From Candidatus Bathyarchaeota archaeon (GTDB lineage: Archaea > Thermoproteota > Bathyarchaeia > Bathyarchaeales > Bathycorpusculaceae): DNA of 64,000 nucleotides. Numbering within the stretch: the first letter of the stretch is position 1; every line of letters starts with the position of its first letter. Positions 63,261-64,000 of the stretch are shown one piece after another. The notes beneath the pieces were generated by a model, which did not search any database, was not told where the DNA came from, and worked only from the letters and a program-made list of their open reading frames with translations. The translations under genes and the position numbers were made by a program. The stretch covers positions 147,289 through 211,288 of the forward strand of contig CAWFFH010000006.1 in the NCBI GenBank assembly GCA_963815095.1. The letters run 5' to 3'.

Positions 63261-63428
63261 ACCAGTCAACTTTATTCTTAAACGTTGTATATTTTTTTAA
63301 TTGAATTTTTTGAAAAGCCTGTTTTTTTATACCGTATTTGTGTCGTGCAGTTGGTTTTGGTTTATGTGTCCCATAAATGTTTATTAATACTTAAGACTGG
63401 ATATATAAAAAATAGAGGGAAACAAAAT

Positions 63429-63878
63429 ATGAAACTTCAAAAAATCCCCACAGCAGCAATAATCGCACTCGTAGTAGCAGCAATAGCCCTAACCGCAACA
63501 ACAGCAGCAGTCCTCAGCAGCAGCCAAAACGTACCCTTAAACGGATCCATAACCGCAATAAACTTGGGCGTCTACTCCGACAGCGCCTGCGCCCAAACCG
63601 TCACATCCCTAAACGTAGGAACCATCAACCAAGGCGGCACCGGTACGCAAACAGTCTATATCAAAAACACGGGCAACGCCCCTGAAACGCTAACCATGAC
63701 AACAAACAACTGGAACCCAACAAGCGCCAGCACATACCTAACACTAACATGGAACCAACAAAACACAGTCCTTCCCCGCAGGACAATCGATCCAAGCCAC
63801 CTTAACCTTAACAGCAGCCTCAAACACAGGCAGCCTCTCAAACTTAGCTGCAACGTAACACTCACCGGAACACAATAA
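63429..63878 (+). CDS. Secreted beta-sandwich protein (possible fibre subunit) with a compensated internal frameshift
   Basis: ATG 63429 after GAGGGA; signal peptide; LGVYSDSAC...G.I..G....VYIKNTGN...WNP....YLTLTWNQ. Confidence 0.75.
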   Translation: MKLQKIPTAAIIALVVAAIALTATTAAVLSSSQNVPLNGSITAINLGVYSDSACAQTVTSLNVGTINQGGTGTQTVYIKNTGNAPETLTMTTNNWNPTSASTYLTLTWNQQNTVLPRRTIDPSHLNLNSSLKHRQPLKLSCNVTLTGTQ

Positions 63879-64000
63879 ACAACTCCAAATAGCGTGGAGG
63901 TAGGCAATTTTCTTGTGCCTCCACATCAAATTTGTTTTAGTCTCAAGCCCTTTGGTTATTAAAAATTGTTCATTTTTCGGTTAGAAGTTCTGGGTCGCGT

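Overview
Archaeal chromosomal segment, most consistent with a TACK lineage such as Bathyarchaeia. This is inferred from Nop5/fibrillarin, a TFB paralogue, archaeal class III prepilins, a TackOD1-like protein and frequent TTG starts. The left part (1-23 kb) is mostly housekeeping and metabolism: GT39, galT, glycogen debranching enzyme, DUF89, tpiA, TrmB-CBS regulator, rnhB, fibrillarin, nop5, aguB/aguA, pyrB, mdh, Usp, Kelch protein, ABC exporter, DUF362 and DedA. The right part (23-64 kb) is an accessory surface and signalling region with an orphan contractile-injection-system tube module, Pro/Thr-linker surface proteins, a type IV pilus locus with a ~1580-aa pilin-adhesin, three multi-PAS histidine kinases, a divergent TFB, PadR and many small ORFs. 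Three candidates stand out: (1) an HTH-ATP-cone-class III ribonucleotide reductase fusion that appears to have lost all catalytic residues, suggesting a pseudoenzyme nucleotide-sensing regulator; (2) a sheath-less two-gene eCIS tube module with its own promoter-like signals; (3) a GAR/RGG tail on Nop5 that overlaps the 5' end of fibrillarin. I recognised no tRNA, rRNA, CRISPR array or IS element. Several frameshifts after 45 kb look like homopolymer assembly errors. Family names come from motif recognition only; no database search was run.
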